Source: Leptospiraceae bacterium
Lineage (GTDB): Bacteria > Spirochaetota > Leptospiria > Leptospirales > Leptospiraceae
Assembly: GCA_024233865.1 (NCBI GenBank)
Contig: JACKPA010000012.1
Location: forward strand, 128,001-192,000
Direction: 5' to 3'
DNA: 64,000 bases
The notes under the pieces are model-generated. The model made no database searches. It saw only the letters and a program-made list of their open reading frames with translations, and had not been told where the DNA came from. Shown here piece by piece: positions 50,386 to 60,367 of the stretch (position 1 is the stretch's first letter; each line of letters begins with the position of its first letter). The translations under genes were made by a program, and so were the position numbers.

Positions 50386-50414
50386 TGCATTATGGGTGGT
50401 GAGGTGTAGGACAT

Positions 50415-50846
50415 TTAAGCGTTATGTCCTATTTGAATTCTATTATTTCCAATGTACAATTCATCCCCTAGTTTTAATTCATATTTTTCTTTGTCCGGAA
50501 TCTTTATGTAAACTCCATTTGCATTCTCTAGGGGTTTTACATAAAGTTTGCCATTTTCAAAAATAAAATCACAATGGTGCAAAGCAACATTTTCATCTTT
50601 TATTTGCACATCAGCATTTCCTTTTTCATTTCCAAGCTTTATATCAGATAATATAACAACTTCTTGGGGTTTCTTTTCCCCTTTGGAGTGGATTAGTAGC
50701 TTTAAGCCTTCTTTGTCGCTTTTTGCTTCTTTGTTTAGAGATTCACCACATTCCATACAAAATCTGGATTCTGCTGGATTAACTGTTTTGCACTTTGGAC
50801 AAAAAAACATTGTTTGAAATCTTGTAAGCTTATTTGTATCTGCCAT
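50415..50846 (-). CDS. Zinc-ribbon + FHA-domain protein
   Basis: CPKCK...CMEC zinc ribbon, then an FHA-like GNEKGNADVQI...HHCDFIFENGKLYV region. Confidence 0.55.
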   Translation of the reverse strand: MADTNKLTRFQTMFFCPKCKTVNPAESRFCMECGESLNKEAKSDKEGLKLLIHSKGEKKPQEVVILSDIKLGNEKGNADVQIKDENVALHHCDFIFENGKLYVKPLENANGVYIKIPDKEKYELKLGDELYIGNNRIQIGHNA

Positions 50847-50947
50847 ATTATTGAAGTAATTTTACAGTAGAAAACTTTCAATAGTTTTTTGATTAATGTG
50901 GTTTTGTTTTACTCTTTTCATTCGGCATTAATCTTACAGCAAAAAAC

Positions 50948-52576
50948 TTGCTTTATTTTGTATTGTTTAACATGATGAAAAATATGGGAGGGGAGTTCAA
51001 AATTAATGGTTTGGGCTCAAATTGGTCACTCACTTTTAAAAATTATATGAAATTTATTCGTTCTGTAGTTTACATTTTATTATCTATAATTGTTTTGGAT
51101 CAGTTTTTTTTTAATTATCTGATATGGAAATTACCTAACGAATCTGCTTGGAATACAAACCACTTTTTTAATTTCATATACGAGTACAGACGAATCAAAC
51201 AAACTCCCAAATCAAAACCGAGAATTTTGTTCATTGGTTCGAGTATATCTTATTATTCTACAGACAAAGAATTGTTAGAGAACTATTTGAAAGAAAAAAC
51301 CGGAAACCAATACGACGTGGAATATTTTTCGTATGCCGGAATGACACCTTTGGATGCCTACCTGACTTTTGATAAAATTGTTGATTTAAAGCCAGACCTA
51401 ATCGTTTTTCCGATTAACTTTATTGACCTTCGACTCCACCGAGCATATGTTTTAGATCCCAAGAACCAAAATAGTAGTATTGATGAAAAAATATTACTAG
51501 TGGACGCTTTGGACTTTTTGGAAGCTCAGCAGTCAAAATACGCTTTTTCTTGGGAAGCACTAACTGCTTTTTATCCTTATTTGAATTTGAATCAAAATGC
51601 AAAGTATTTGGCATCTACACTGTTTTTCTTTTATCGTTATAGAGAGATTTATTTAAAAAATCTTCAACATTTGTACAACCATAGATTTGGTCGAAATACG
51701 AGTTATCACGGATACGCTGGAGTGCAGATTCCCGAAAGAATCAATTCGCTTGGCTGGACTGGAGAAAAGTTTTCTTTTTACCCTTTGAGTTATATGCAAA
51801 AACAGGGTTTTTATATACAAATTGTCCCGGAAATTCTTCTAAAAGGAAAATTAGTTGTTACCATAACCAATAAAAACGGGTTCAAACAAGTAGAAAAATT
51901 CGCAAGTTCCGGTTGGAAACGGATTCAATTAAAAAGTGAATTCATCCAGCAAAAGTCTCTTGTTACCGCGTCTTTGTCTAATACATGGATACCTTATGAG
52001 GCAAAAGAAGATCGTTTTGACCACAGCAAGGATATGTTGGGGGTAAGGTTGCAACAAACTTTTGGTTTGGAAAAGCCAGAGAACGGACAGCAATACACAC
52101 GCGTAGAAAGATTGGAAGACCTTCGCTATATTGGAATGAATGATTCTGATTATGAAAACTATTTCTATTTTAGGCTTTTGGACGATCTTGAGCATAGACC
52201 CGGAATTGCCTATTTACACGCTTTAAAAGATGCCAAAATAAGAGTTGCCAGGGAGCCTTTTGTTCCAACTCTGCACTTAAAATATTTAAAAATGTTTTCT
52301 GAGCTTTCTAACAAAAATAAAATCAAACTATTGGTTATCAATAACCCCGAAAATCCGATTTCTCTTTCCTGGTATGAGCAGTCTAATTGGTATGAAGATC
52401 ACATAAATTATTTAAGAGGTTTGGACTCCAGGTATTGCAAATTTGTAGACTTAAGAAACCATTTAAAAATGCAGGATTTTAGTGATTATCACCATTTTAC
52501 GTACCCTGGTATGGTCAAAATGACTCCGATTTATGGAAATTTGATTGCGGATTTTAGTCAAAATGATAAAAATTAA
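50948..52576 (+). CDS. Hypothetical membrane-anchored protein, possibly SGNH/DUF1574-like
   Basis: 542 aa, an N-terminal TM helix, an ILFIGSSISYYS block reminiscent of GDSL. Weak support. Confidence 0.3.
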   Translation: MLYFVLFNMMKNMGGEFKINGLGSNWSLTFKNYMKFIRSVVYILLSIIVLDQFFFNYLIWKLPNESAWNTNHFFNFIYEYRRIKQTPKSKPRILFIGSSISYYSTDKELLENYLKEKTGNQYDVEYFSYAGMTPLDAYLTFDKIVDLKPDLIVFPINFIDLRLHRAYVLDPKNQNSSIDEKILLVDALDFLEAQQSKYAFSWEALTAFYPYLNLNQNAKYLASTLFFFYRYREIYLKNLQHLYNHRFGRNTSYHGYAGVQIPERINSLGWTGEKFSFYPLSYMQKQGFYIQIVPEILLKGKLVVTITNKNGFKQVEKFASSGWKRIQLKSEFIQQKSLVTASLSNTWIPYEAKEDRFDHSKDMLGVRLQQTFGLEKPENGQQYTRVERLEDLRYIGMNDSDYENYFYFRLLDDLEHRPGIAYLHALKDAKIRVAREPFVPTLHLKYLKMFSELSNKNKIKLLVINNPENPISLSWYEQSNWYEDHINYLRGLDSRYCKFVDLRNHLKMQDFSDYHHFTYPGMVKMTPIYGNLIADFSQNDKN

Positions 52577-54422
52577 TAAAAGATATTTTATACTACCACT
52601 TGACATATTTTTTATGTTTGTATCTTATTTTTTAGCTCACTTGATACGATACGAAAATTATTCTTTTTTAGTGGATTTGAAAAGTTTTATAGTTTCTGCC
52701 TTGATTGTAGTTGGTTTTAGAACGTTGATATTTGTGTTTTCAAGTATTTACAAATCACTATGGGCTTATGCTTCTATTCATGACCTTTTGGAAATAATTA
52801 AAACTACATTGTTGTCGTCTCTTGTTTCAACAACTGCTTTGCTTTTTTATAACCGTTTTTCGCAACAATCTCGCATGGTTCCGATTTTGGATACCTTGAT
52901 ACTACTTAGTATTTTGTGCTTTAGGAGTTTTTCTTGGCGAATTTTTCGGGATCAGTATTTGAATCAAAAAACAAAAGTGGGAAAGCCTACAATTTTGATA
53001 GGAGCTGGTAAATTAGGAGCAATGCTTCTTTCTGAAATCAGGCGGCAACCGGAACTTAATCTGAATCCGGTTGGTTTCTTGGATGATGACAATAACAAAA
53101 TAGGTGCTTATATCTACGGAATTCCAGTAATTGGAAAAATTGACGACTTGATTCGCATACTACACCTTTATTCTATTCAAGAAACGATTATAACGATGTC
53201 CAATGTTTCCGGGAAAGTGATTAGCGATATTTTGAAAGTATGTGGTGAAAATCATGTAAACGTTAGGATTTTACCTTCTATTACCGAGATTTTCTATGGA
53301 AAAAATTTTAACCTCAACCAACTGCGGGAAATTCGAGTAGAAGACTTGCTTGGGAGGGAAGCCGTTGATTTGGAAATCGAGTCTATTCGATTGTATTTGC
53401 AAAACAAAGACATTTTGATAACCGGAGCGGGTGGGTCTATTGGTAGTGAAATTGCACGTCAAGTTTCTATGTTCAATCCGAATAGCGTTGTTTTGTTGGA
53501 TAATGCAGAAACTCCTTTGTATGAAATTGATTATGAATTGGGAAAAAAACATCCGAATATTAAATTTAAAACGGTAATTGCAGACGTAAAAAACCTATCT
53601 CGTTTGAATTCTATTTTTGAAAAATACCATCCGATGGTAGTGTTTCATTGTGCTGCCTATAAACACGTTCCTTTGATGGAGATAAACCCTTCGGAAGCCG
53701 TTATCAATAACGTGATGGGTACTAAAAATATTTGTGATGTTTCCAGGCTTTTTGGCATTGAGAAATTTGTCATGATTTCTACCGACAAAGCGGTTCGACC
53801 TGTGAATATAATGGGTGCCTCCAAAAGAGCTGCGGAGTTGTATATACAATATATCGCTCCGACTTCCAAAACGGAATTTGTCACCGTTCGCTTTGGGAAT
53901 GTTTTGGGTTCAAACGGGAGTGTAATTCCAAGATTCAGGGAGCAGATAGAGAAGGGCGGACCTGTCACAGTAACACATCCGGACATTATTCGATATTTTA
54001 TGACAATTCCGGAAGCATCTCAACTTGTTTTGCAAGCCGGAAGCATGGGGGAAAGAGGTGAGATATTTATTTTGGATATGGGAGAACCTGTCAAGATTTT
54101 GGATATGGCAGAGGAAATGATTCGACTGTCCGGCTACCAACCGTATAGAGATATTGATATTGTTTTTACGGGACTAAGACCAGGAGAAAAATTGTATGAA
54201 GAGCTGCTTTTGGATTTGGAAGGAATCAAAGAAACTCATCATCCCAAAATTAGAATTGCCACTCACATTGAAAATCCGGATCGATTAACCTTTATCAATA
54301 AGTTAAATTTACTTTTTTCCTATGCAAAGCAAAACAAAGATAAGGAATTATATGATTTGTTCAAGGATATTATTCCAGAATATCAAAAACACCAAGACTA
54401 TTACATGACCATATCCAAATAG
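52545..54422 (+). CDS. Polysaccharide biosynthesis protein CapD/PglF/WbpM family (membrane-bound NDP-sugar 4,6-dehydratase/epimerase)
   Basis: N-terminal four TM helices, LIGAGKLGAML and ILITGAGGSIGSEI Rossmann motifs, MISTDKAV...YxxxK. Confidence 0.8.
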   Translation: MRILVKMIKINKRYFILPLDIFFMFVSYFLAHLIRYENYSFLVDLKSFIVSALIVVGFRTLIFVFSSIYKSLWAYASIHDLLEIIKTTLLSSLVSTTALLFYNRFSQQSRMVPILDTLILLSILCFRSFSWRIFRDQYLNQKTKVGKPTILIGAGKLGAMLLSEIRRQPELNLNPVGFLDDDNNKIGAYIYGIPVIGKIDDLIRILHLYSIQETIITMSNVSGKVISDILKVCGENHVNVRILPSITEIFYGKNFNLNQLREIRVEDLLGREAVDLEIESIRLYLQNKDILITGAGGSIGSEIARQVSMFNPNSVVLLDNAETPLYEIDYELGKKHPNIKFKTVIADVKNLSRLNSIFEKYHPMVVFHCAAYKHVPLMEINPSEAVINNVMGTKNICDVSRLFGIEKFVMISTDKAVRPVNIMGASKRAAELYIQYIAPTSKTEFVTVRFGNVLGSNGSVIPRFREQIEKGGPVTVTHPDIIRYFMTIPEASQLVLQAGSMGERGEIFILDMGEPVKILDMAEEMIRLSGYQPYRDIDIVFTGLRPGEKLYEELLLDLEGIKETHHPKIRIATHIENPDRLTFINKLNLLFSYAKQNKDKELYDLFKDIIPEYQKHQDYYMTISK

Positions 54423-54454
54423 TAAAAGAATATCTAACCCAGGGTCAATTTATA

Positions 54455-54560
54455 GAATTGACTATTTTTTTGATAGAATTGACTATTTTTTTGATAGAAT
54501 TGACTATTTTTTTGATAGAATTGACTATTTTTTTGATAGAATTGACTATTTTCTAGTTGA
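54455..54560. repeat. Direct tandem repeat with a 21-bp unit (gaattgactatttttttgata), about 4.7 copies
   Basis: Perfect copies at 54455, 54476, 54497 and 54518, plus a partial copy. It sits in the intergenic region upstream of a histidine-kinase gene. Confidence 0.8.
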
Positions 54561-54604
54561 TAATTATTCTCATTAAAAAAATAATAGCATTCAGGGTGAA
54601 TTTT

Positions 54605-55780
54605 ATGAATCCTCGCTGCCATGAGCTTGAGAATAGAATCAAAGATTTGGAACTCGAATTGAGTAACCTCAAATCAAACAAATATGCGGAAACTTTGTTT
54701 TGGCAAGGTATTGAAAAATCTATTCCAAGTGGTATTTCCGTGATTGACGATACGGGAAAACAAGTATATGTAAACCAGTCGTTCTGCAATTTGGTAGGCT
54801 GGGAAGAGCAGGAACTATTAGAAAAATATCCGCCTTATCTGTATTGGTCCGAAGCAGAAATTGAAAATATTAAAACTACCTTTCAAAAAACTCTCAAAGG
54901 TAAAGTTCCAAAAGAAGGTTTTGAACTACTTTTTTGTAATAAATCGGAGAAATTGATTCCTGTTCGGGTAATTATCTCTTCGTTTACTATAGATAATAAT
55001 AGAACATTTTGGTTAGCAAACGTAATTGATATAACCGGGGAGAGACAAGCAGAACTGGTCATTCAACAACAAAATTCAAAATTAATAGAACTCAATGCCA
55101 CAAAAGATAAGCTTTTTTCTATCATTGCCCATGATTTAAAATCTCCTCTCAGTGGATTTCTCTTATTAATGGAATTGATGTTAACGAATATTGAGAAATA
55201 TAGTTTAAATGAAATTAAAGGGCATAATAAAGCCCTACATGAATCCGCAAGAAATGTCTACGAGTTGTTAGAAAGTCTATTGGATTGGTCTAGAATGCAA
55301 AGAGGTCTGATAGAGTTTCATCCGGATGTGATTGTTTTATCTTTTCTCATAAAAAGAAATATAAAAGTTTTGAGTGTTTTTGCCAGGGTGAAAGATATTG
55401 AAATTGTCAATCTTGTTTCGGATAGCTTGCAAATTAGAGCAGATGCTTCTATGGTGAATACTATTATTAGAAATTTGATTTCCAATGCAATAAAGTTCAC
55501 TCCCAAAGGAGGGAAGGTTGTAGTATCCGCAGAAGAAAAAGATGATAAACTACTGCTGTCCGTTAGGGATTCTGGAATAGGTATGGATAAAAATATAGTT
55601 GATAATTTATTTGGTGCGAATCCAGCTGAACCTCGTATTGGCACGAATTTTGAAATTAGTACAGGTTTGGGATTAATTATTTGCAAAGAGTTTATTATTA
55701 AACATTCCGGTGAGATTTGGGTGGAAAGCGAGGTGGGCAGGGGCAGTACTTTTTATTTTACATTGCCAAAAGTGAATTAA
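54605..55780 (+). CDS. PAS sensor histidine kinase
   Basis: Coiled-coil, PAS, SIIAHDLKSP (H-box), STGLGLIICKEFIIKHSG (G2). Confidence 0.8.
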   Translation: MNPRCHELENRIKDLELELSNLKSNKYAETLFWQGIEKSIPSGISVIDDTGKQVYVNQSFCNLVGWEEQELLEKYPPYLYWSEAEIENIKTTFQKTLKGKVPKEGFELLFCNKSEKLIPVRVIISSFTIDNNRTFWLANVIDITGERQAELVIQQQNSKLIELNATKDKLFSIIAHDLKSPLSGFLLLMELMLTNIEKYSLNEIKGHNKALHESARNVYELLESLLDWSRMQRGLIEFHPDVIVLSFLIKRNIKVLSVFARVKDIEIVNLVSDSLQIRADASMVNTIIRNLISNAIKFTPKGGKVVVSAEEKDDKLLLSVRDSGIGMDKNIVDNLFGANPAEPRIGTNFEISTGLGLIICKEFIIKHSGEIWVESEVGRGSTFYFTLPKVN

Positions 55781-55794
55781 AATAGGAAAAAAAT

Positions 55795-57066
55795 ATGAAC
55801 ACTACCAAAGAGAAAGAGAGAAGAAGGCTAGCCCAAACGCAATTCCTTAAGGAGAATACAAATTTTGATGAATTGCCTTTGAAAGATATAAAAACATTAT
55901 TCTACGAACTGCAAATACACCAGATTGAACTGGAAATGCAGAATGAAGAGCTACGAAATACTCAGCTTGAACTGGAAACGACTCGCGAAAAGTTTTTTGA
56001 TCTCTACAATCAGGTTCCGGTTGGTTATCTCACCCTATCAGAAAACGGATTGATAACCGAAGCAAATTTAACTTCGGCTAATCGTTTGGGTGTCACAAGA
56101 AACCTACTACTAAATCAACCGATCACTCGTTTTATTCTGAAAGAAGATCAAGATGTCTACTATCTTAAAACGAGACTTCTTATTAAAACCCAAAAAAAGC
56201 AGCAGTTTGAAATAAGAATGACTGGAAGGGAAGGTAATACATTTTGGGTAGATTTTGCTTGTGTCCCGGTAAAAACAAATGATGATGGTTCTTATTATAG
56301 AGCAATTTTTGAAGATATAACAGATCGTAAAAATGCAGAATTCACCATTCAGCAGAAAAATATAGAACTACAAGAACTCAACGTTACAAAGGATAAGTTT
56401 TTTTCCATTCTTTCCCACGATCTAAAAGGACCGATGGGCAGTATTGTATCCTTATTGGAAATGTTGCAAAACGATTGTGAAGACAGACAGGAAAAAATGT
56501 TATCTCTCGCTTACCAAAGTGCCAAAAGGACATATACGTTATTGGAAGAACTTCTGCTTTGGGGGAGATTACAAATAAATAAAGTCCAATTCAATTCACA
56601 AATGATTGATCTAAAATGGCTAATAAACGATGTTGTTTTATTTCAAAAATATGTTGCTGCGGATAAAAAGGAAATCAAAATCCAAACAAACTTAACTGAA
56701 ACGGTAGTTGTTTTTTGTGATATTGCAATGGTTAAAGTTGTGATACAAAATTTATTGTCCAATGCCATCAAATTTTCTAATCCCGGTGGAGTGGTGACAG
56801 TCGGCTGCAAACCACAGGAAGGCAATAAGATGCTGTTTTATGTCTCGGACACCGGTATCGGGATTCCTCCTCAAGAAGGAGAAAAATTATTTCTAATAGA
56901 TCAATTTTTTTCCACTAAAGGAACGGGTGGTGAACAAGGAACAGGTCTCGGACTAATTCTTTGCAAAGAATTGATCGAAAAACATGGTGGAGCTATTTGG
57001 ATAGAAAGTGAAACGGACAAAGGCAGTAGCTTTTATTTTACATTACCGACAAAGGAATTTACATAA
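55795..57066 (+). CDS. PAS sensor histidine kinase
   Basis: Coiled-coil, PAS/PAC, SILSHDLKGP (H-box), GTGLGLILCKELIEKHGG (G2). Confidence 0.8.
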   Translation: MNTTKEKERRRLAQTQFLKENTNFDELPLKDIKTLFYELQIHQIELEMQNEELRNTQLELETTREKFFDLYNQVPVGYLTLSENGLITEANLTSANRLGVTRNLLLNQPITRFILKEDQDVYYLKTRLLIKTQKKQQFEIRMTGREGNTFWVDFACVPVKTNDDGSYYRAIFEDITDRKNAEFTIQQKNIELQELNVTKDKFFSILSHDLKGPMGSIVSLLEMLQNDCEDRQEKMLSLAYQSAKRTYTLLEELLLWGRLQINKVQFNSQMIDLKWLINDVVLFQKYVAADKKEIKIQTNLTETVVVFCDIAMVKVVIQNLLSNAIKFSNPGGVVTVGCKPQEGNKMLFYVSDTGIGIPPQEGEKLFLIDQFFSTKGTGGEQGTGLGLILCKELIEKHGGAIWIESETDKGSSFYFTLPTKEFT

Positions 57067-57338
57067 ATAACGTGAGTTCGACGTAAGGAATAATGTTATA
57101 AAAATAATAAGGGTGAACACAGGGGTTCACCCCTACGCCCAAAAATACCATAGGCTTTGTAGGGGCAATCCCCCGGTGGTTGCCCTTTAGGTGAAAATAA
57201 AAATGTTATATCGAACTGACGTTAAATAACTAATATAACGTGAGTTTTTGTAAATTACCGTAGCTAAGCAGTAAAGCAAAAATAGTTGTGAAAATGAATT
57301 TCAGACAGGATTTCAGGATTTACATGATTTGTAGTACT

Positions 57339-59879
57339 TTATTTCGATATTTCCACAAATGTTAGAACTACACCTTCTATCACATTTTCGATGGTACGAT
57401 AGGGCTGTATTCGCATCGAATATTTTTGTCCGTCCAAATTCCAGACCTCGGCTTCTTTGGGGATTAATGTATCCAAAACCTTTTGTATATCTTGGATGAG
57501 TGTCTGGTAATTCATTAATCGTGAAACTATATCGCTAACAGGTCTGCCAATGTCGCTCTGAATCAAATTGATAATCTTTGTAGCTGCGGGCGTAAAACGT
57601 TTAATGTCCAATTTATGATTCAAAAAGATGGTACCTATACCGGTAGATGCAAGCAAATTATTCATATCGTTGTTTACTTGTGAGAGTTCTTCTATCTTTT
57701 TTTGAAGTTCCGTATTTACTGTAGTTAATTCTTCGTTTACGGATTGAATTTCCTCTTTCGAGGTTTCTAGCTCTTCGTTTGCAGACTGTAGTTCTTCATT
57801 TGCGGATTGCAATTCCTCGTTGATTGACTTAAGTTCTTCGTTTGATGTTTCAAGTTCTTCTATGGTTGTATTTAGATATTCATCTTTGGTTTGAATGGTT
57901 CTTTCCAGTTCTATTATCCACTGATCCTTATCGCTAATAGGCGAAATTTCTATATTTTGCGATTCTTTTTTGTCAGAACATTCTTCAAACGCCACCAAAA
58001 TGAAAATATCGGAAGAGTCCGACTTCTTAAGAGGGTGAACAAGCAAATTGATTAAATAAGATTGTCTGTCTTCTCCCTTAACCCGTAAATTATCGTAGCG
58101 TACAAAAACGCCAAGAGAAATCACCTTACTTACGGCAGAGATTAATTCCATTTTCAATCCTTCACGTGCCATTTGAGTAATATTTAGGTTCGCCTCTCCC
58201 AGAGCTGGCTCAAGGTATTTACCCGTTCGTCCATGGATATACAAGACTTCAAAATTGGAATTGATTAGGACGGAAGGAGGTGCATAATGGTTTAATAAAA
58301 AGCGTTCTAATAATTCTTTTGTATTTGATTTTTTTTCTAAATAAACAGTATTCTTCTTTTGTTTGATTGCCAATTCGTCTATAAACGGTTGTTTAATCAT
58401 TCTTATTATGCCCCCAGAATTTGGAGTTTCTATTTTTTGGTATAATTTCGACTTTTTTTCAATTGCCCTAAAAATATCATCCAATTCTCTGATAGATTCA
58501 GAGTTTCCCAAAACAAGGAAACCGTTTGAATTTAATGCGTAATGAAAGAGCAGAATTACCTTTTTCTGTAATTCGGTGGTAAAATAAATAAGCAGATTCC
58601 GGCAACTGATTAAGTCTATTTTTGTAAAAGGCGGGTCTTTGATTATATCGTGTTTTGCAAATACGATCATGTCGCGGATAACTTTATGTATCCGATAGGT
58701 ATGGTTTTCAAGGATAAAATACTTTGACAAACGTTGGGGCAATACATCAACAGCAATACTGTCCAAAAAAATTCCGGTTCGAGCTTTTTCGATGGAAATT
58801 TCATCAATGTCTGTCGCAAATATTTGTACAAAGTAGTTTTGCTTTTTGTTCTCCATGTATTCTTGTAGCAAAATGGCAAAAGAATATGCTTCCTCACCGG
58901 TTGAACAGGCTGGAATCCATATACGTATGGTAGAGCTTGGCGGTTTGTCAAATAATTTTGGAATCAAACCTTCTTTAAAGAAATCAAAAACATCTGAATT
59001 GCGAAAAAAACTCGTAACTCCTATCAACAATTCTCTAAATAGAATTTGTACTTCTGTCTGATTGGTTTGTAAATAGAGGATGTAGTTTTTTATATTTTCG
59101 AACTTATTTATTACCATTCTTCTTTGAACGCGACGAGCTATGGTATTTAATTTATAGCTAGAAAAATCGTGCCCAGTTTGATTTCTTATAATTAAATAAA
59201 TCTTTCTCATTAAATTTTCTGGAAAATACTTAGGATTTGCTAATAGGTAAGTTTTCTTTTGGAATGTACTTTGAACATAATTTAGTAATTGTTCAAACAT
59301 TTGTTCGGGAGGTAAAACGGAATCAACCAAACCTGTACTTAGGGCACTTCGGGGCATTCCGTCAAATTTTGCTGATTCGGGTGACTGAACCATAACCAAT
59401 CCTCCTTCTCCTTTAATGGCTTTTAATCCTAAGGTTCCGTCAGTCCCTGTTCCCGACATGATTATACATATAGACTTTTCGTACAAACTTTCTGCCAAGG
59501 AACGAAAGAAGAAATCAATAGGTAAATACAATCTTTTTTCAGGCATAAGTTTCAATAGTTGAAGACTACCATTAAAAAAAGCCATATTACAATTGGGAGG
59601 AATAATATAAACGCAATTCGGTCGAACCTTCATTCCGTCTTCGATCAAAAATACATTCATTTGGGTATACAGCTTTACAAGGTCGCTTAGTATGTTCTTG
59701 TAGTCGGGAGACAAATGTTGAACTACAACAAAAGCCATTTCACATTCTTTTTCGGTAGGTATTGATTTAAAAAATAATTCAATAGCCTCTAATCCGCCCG
59801 CAGAGGCACCTATTCCAATAATAGGAAAGTCTATTGTATCCGGATTGATTGTTTTGAACTCTTTTGATTCTATTTGCAT
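57339..59879 (-). CDS. Chemotaxis CheB methylesterase + CheR methyltransferase fusion with coiled-coil and C-terminal PAS domain
   Basis: IIGIGASAGGLEAIELFF (CheB), WIPACSTGEEAYSFAILL (CheR SAM site), an EELxSxNEEL repeat coiled-coil, then a PAS domain. Confidence 0.8.
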   Translation of the reverse strand: MQIESKEFKTINPDTIDFPIIGIGASAGGLEAIELFFKSIPTEKECEMAFVVVQHLSPDYKNILSDLVKLYTQMNVFLIEDGMKVRPNCVYIIPPNCNMAFFNGSLQLLKLMPEKRLYLPIDFFFRSLAESLYEKSICIIMSGTGTDGTLGLKAIKGEGGLVMVQSPESAKFDGMPRSALSTGLVDSVLPPEQMFEQLLNYVQSTFQKKTYLLANPKYFPENLMRKIYLIIRNQTGHDFSSYKLNTIARRVQRRMVINKFENIKNYILYLQTNQTEVQILFRELLIGVTSFFRNSDVFDFFKEGLIPKLFDKPPSSTIRIWIPACSTGEEAYSFAILLQEYMENKKQNYFVQIFATDIDEISIEKARTGIFLDSIAVDVLPQRLSKYFILENHTYRIHKVIRDMIVFAKHDIIKDPPFTKIDLISCRNLLIYFTTELQKKVILLFHYALNSNGFLVLGNSESIRELDDIFRAIEKKSKLYQKIETPNSGGIIRMIKQPFIDELAIKQKKNTVYLEKKSNTKELLERFLLNHYAPPSVLINSNFEVLYIHGRTGKYLEPALGEANLNITQMAREGLKMELISAVSKVISLGVFVRYDNLRVKGEDRQSYLINLLVHPLKKSDSSDIFILVAFEECSDKKESQNIEISPISDKDQWIIELERTIQTKDEYLNTTIEELETSNEELKSINEELQSANEELQSANEELETSKEEIQSVNEELTTVNTELQKKIEELSQVNNDMNNLLASTGIGTIFLNHKLDIKRFTPAATKIINLIQSDIGRPVSDIVSRLMNYQTLIQDIQKVLDTLIPKEAEVWNLDGQKYSMRIQPYRTIENVIEGVVLTFVEISK

Positions 59880-59976
59880 ATAAGTATACTCTTCATCTTA
59901 TTTAGGTAATTTTTTTGATATTTAAAGGCTTTATTGAAAATTGTGTTAGAGTCACTGCCATTATCTATCGTAGAGA

Positions 59977-60339
59977 TTAATTTGTCGGATTGACCTGTCC
60001 TGCCCTTCCAAATTGCTTAATTTCCTCTTTGACAAAAAGCAAATTTTTATATATTCCTTTTAAATCTTCTTCTTTATAAATTTTTATTAAATCTTTTTCA
60101 TTATTTAATAAATTTTCTAAAACCCTTAAATCGCCTTCTAGTATTTTTATACTATTTTGAAACCAACTATCAAATCTGCTTTTTTCCAAAAAAATTCTTT
60201 TTACGGTAAAAAGTTTGTTTAAATCAGAATCTCTGATTTTAGAGAATAGATAGGTCTTTTTGTTTTGTTGTTTTTTTAACCTCTTTAAATCTTCGATTTC
60301 TTCAAGTGTTAGGTTGTCTAAAAATTCTTCTAAGGACAT
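59977..60339 (-). CDS. Hypothetical protein (120 aa)
   Basis: ORF only. Confidence 0.3.
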   Translation of the reverse strand: MSLEEFLDNLTLEEIEDLKRLKKQQNKKTYLFSKIRDSDLNKLFTVKRIFLEKSRFDSWFQNSIKILEGDLRVLENLLNNEKDLIKIYKEEDLKGIYKNLLFVKEEIKQFGRAGQVNPTN

Positions 60340-60367
60340 GTTTGCTCCTGTTTTATTTAGCTTTTAT

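Noticed and set aside
54455-54560. Possible CRISPR array
   Set aside because: The repeats are directly abutting with no spacers. The unit is 21 bp and AT-rich, and there are no cas genes; it is a simple tandem repeat.
54434-54622. 62-aa ORF translating to ...NSQFYQKNSQFYQK...
   Set aside because: It is merely the reverse-strand translation of the 21-bp tandem repeat; this is not a gene.
57105-57195. Possible tRNA or tmRNA in the GC-rich spacer
   Set aside because: There is no cloverleaf-compatible arrangement, no T-loop GTTCRANYC consensus and no anticodon stem. The hairpins are sequential rather than nested.
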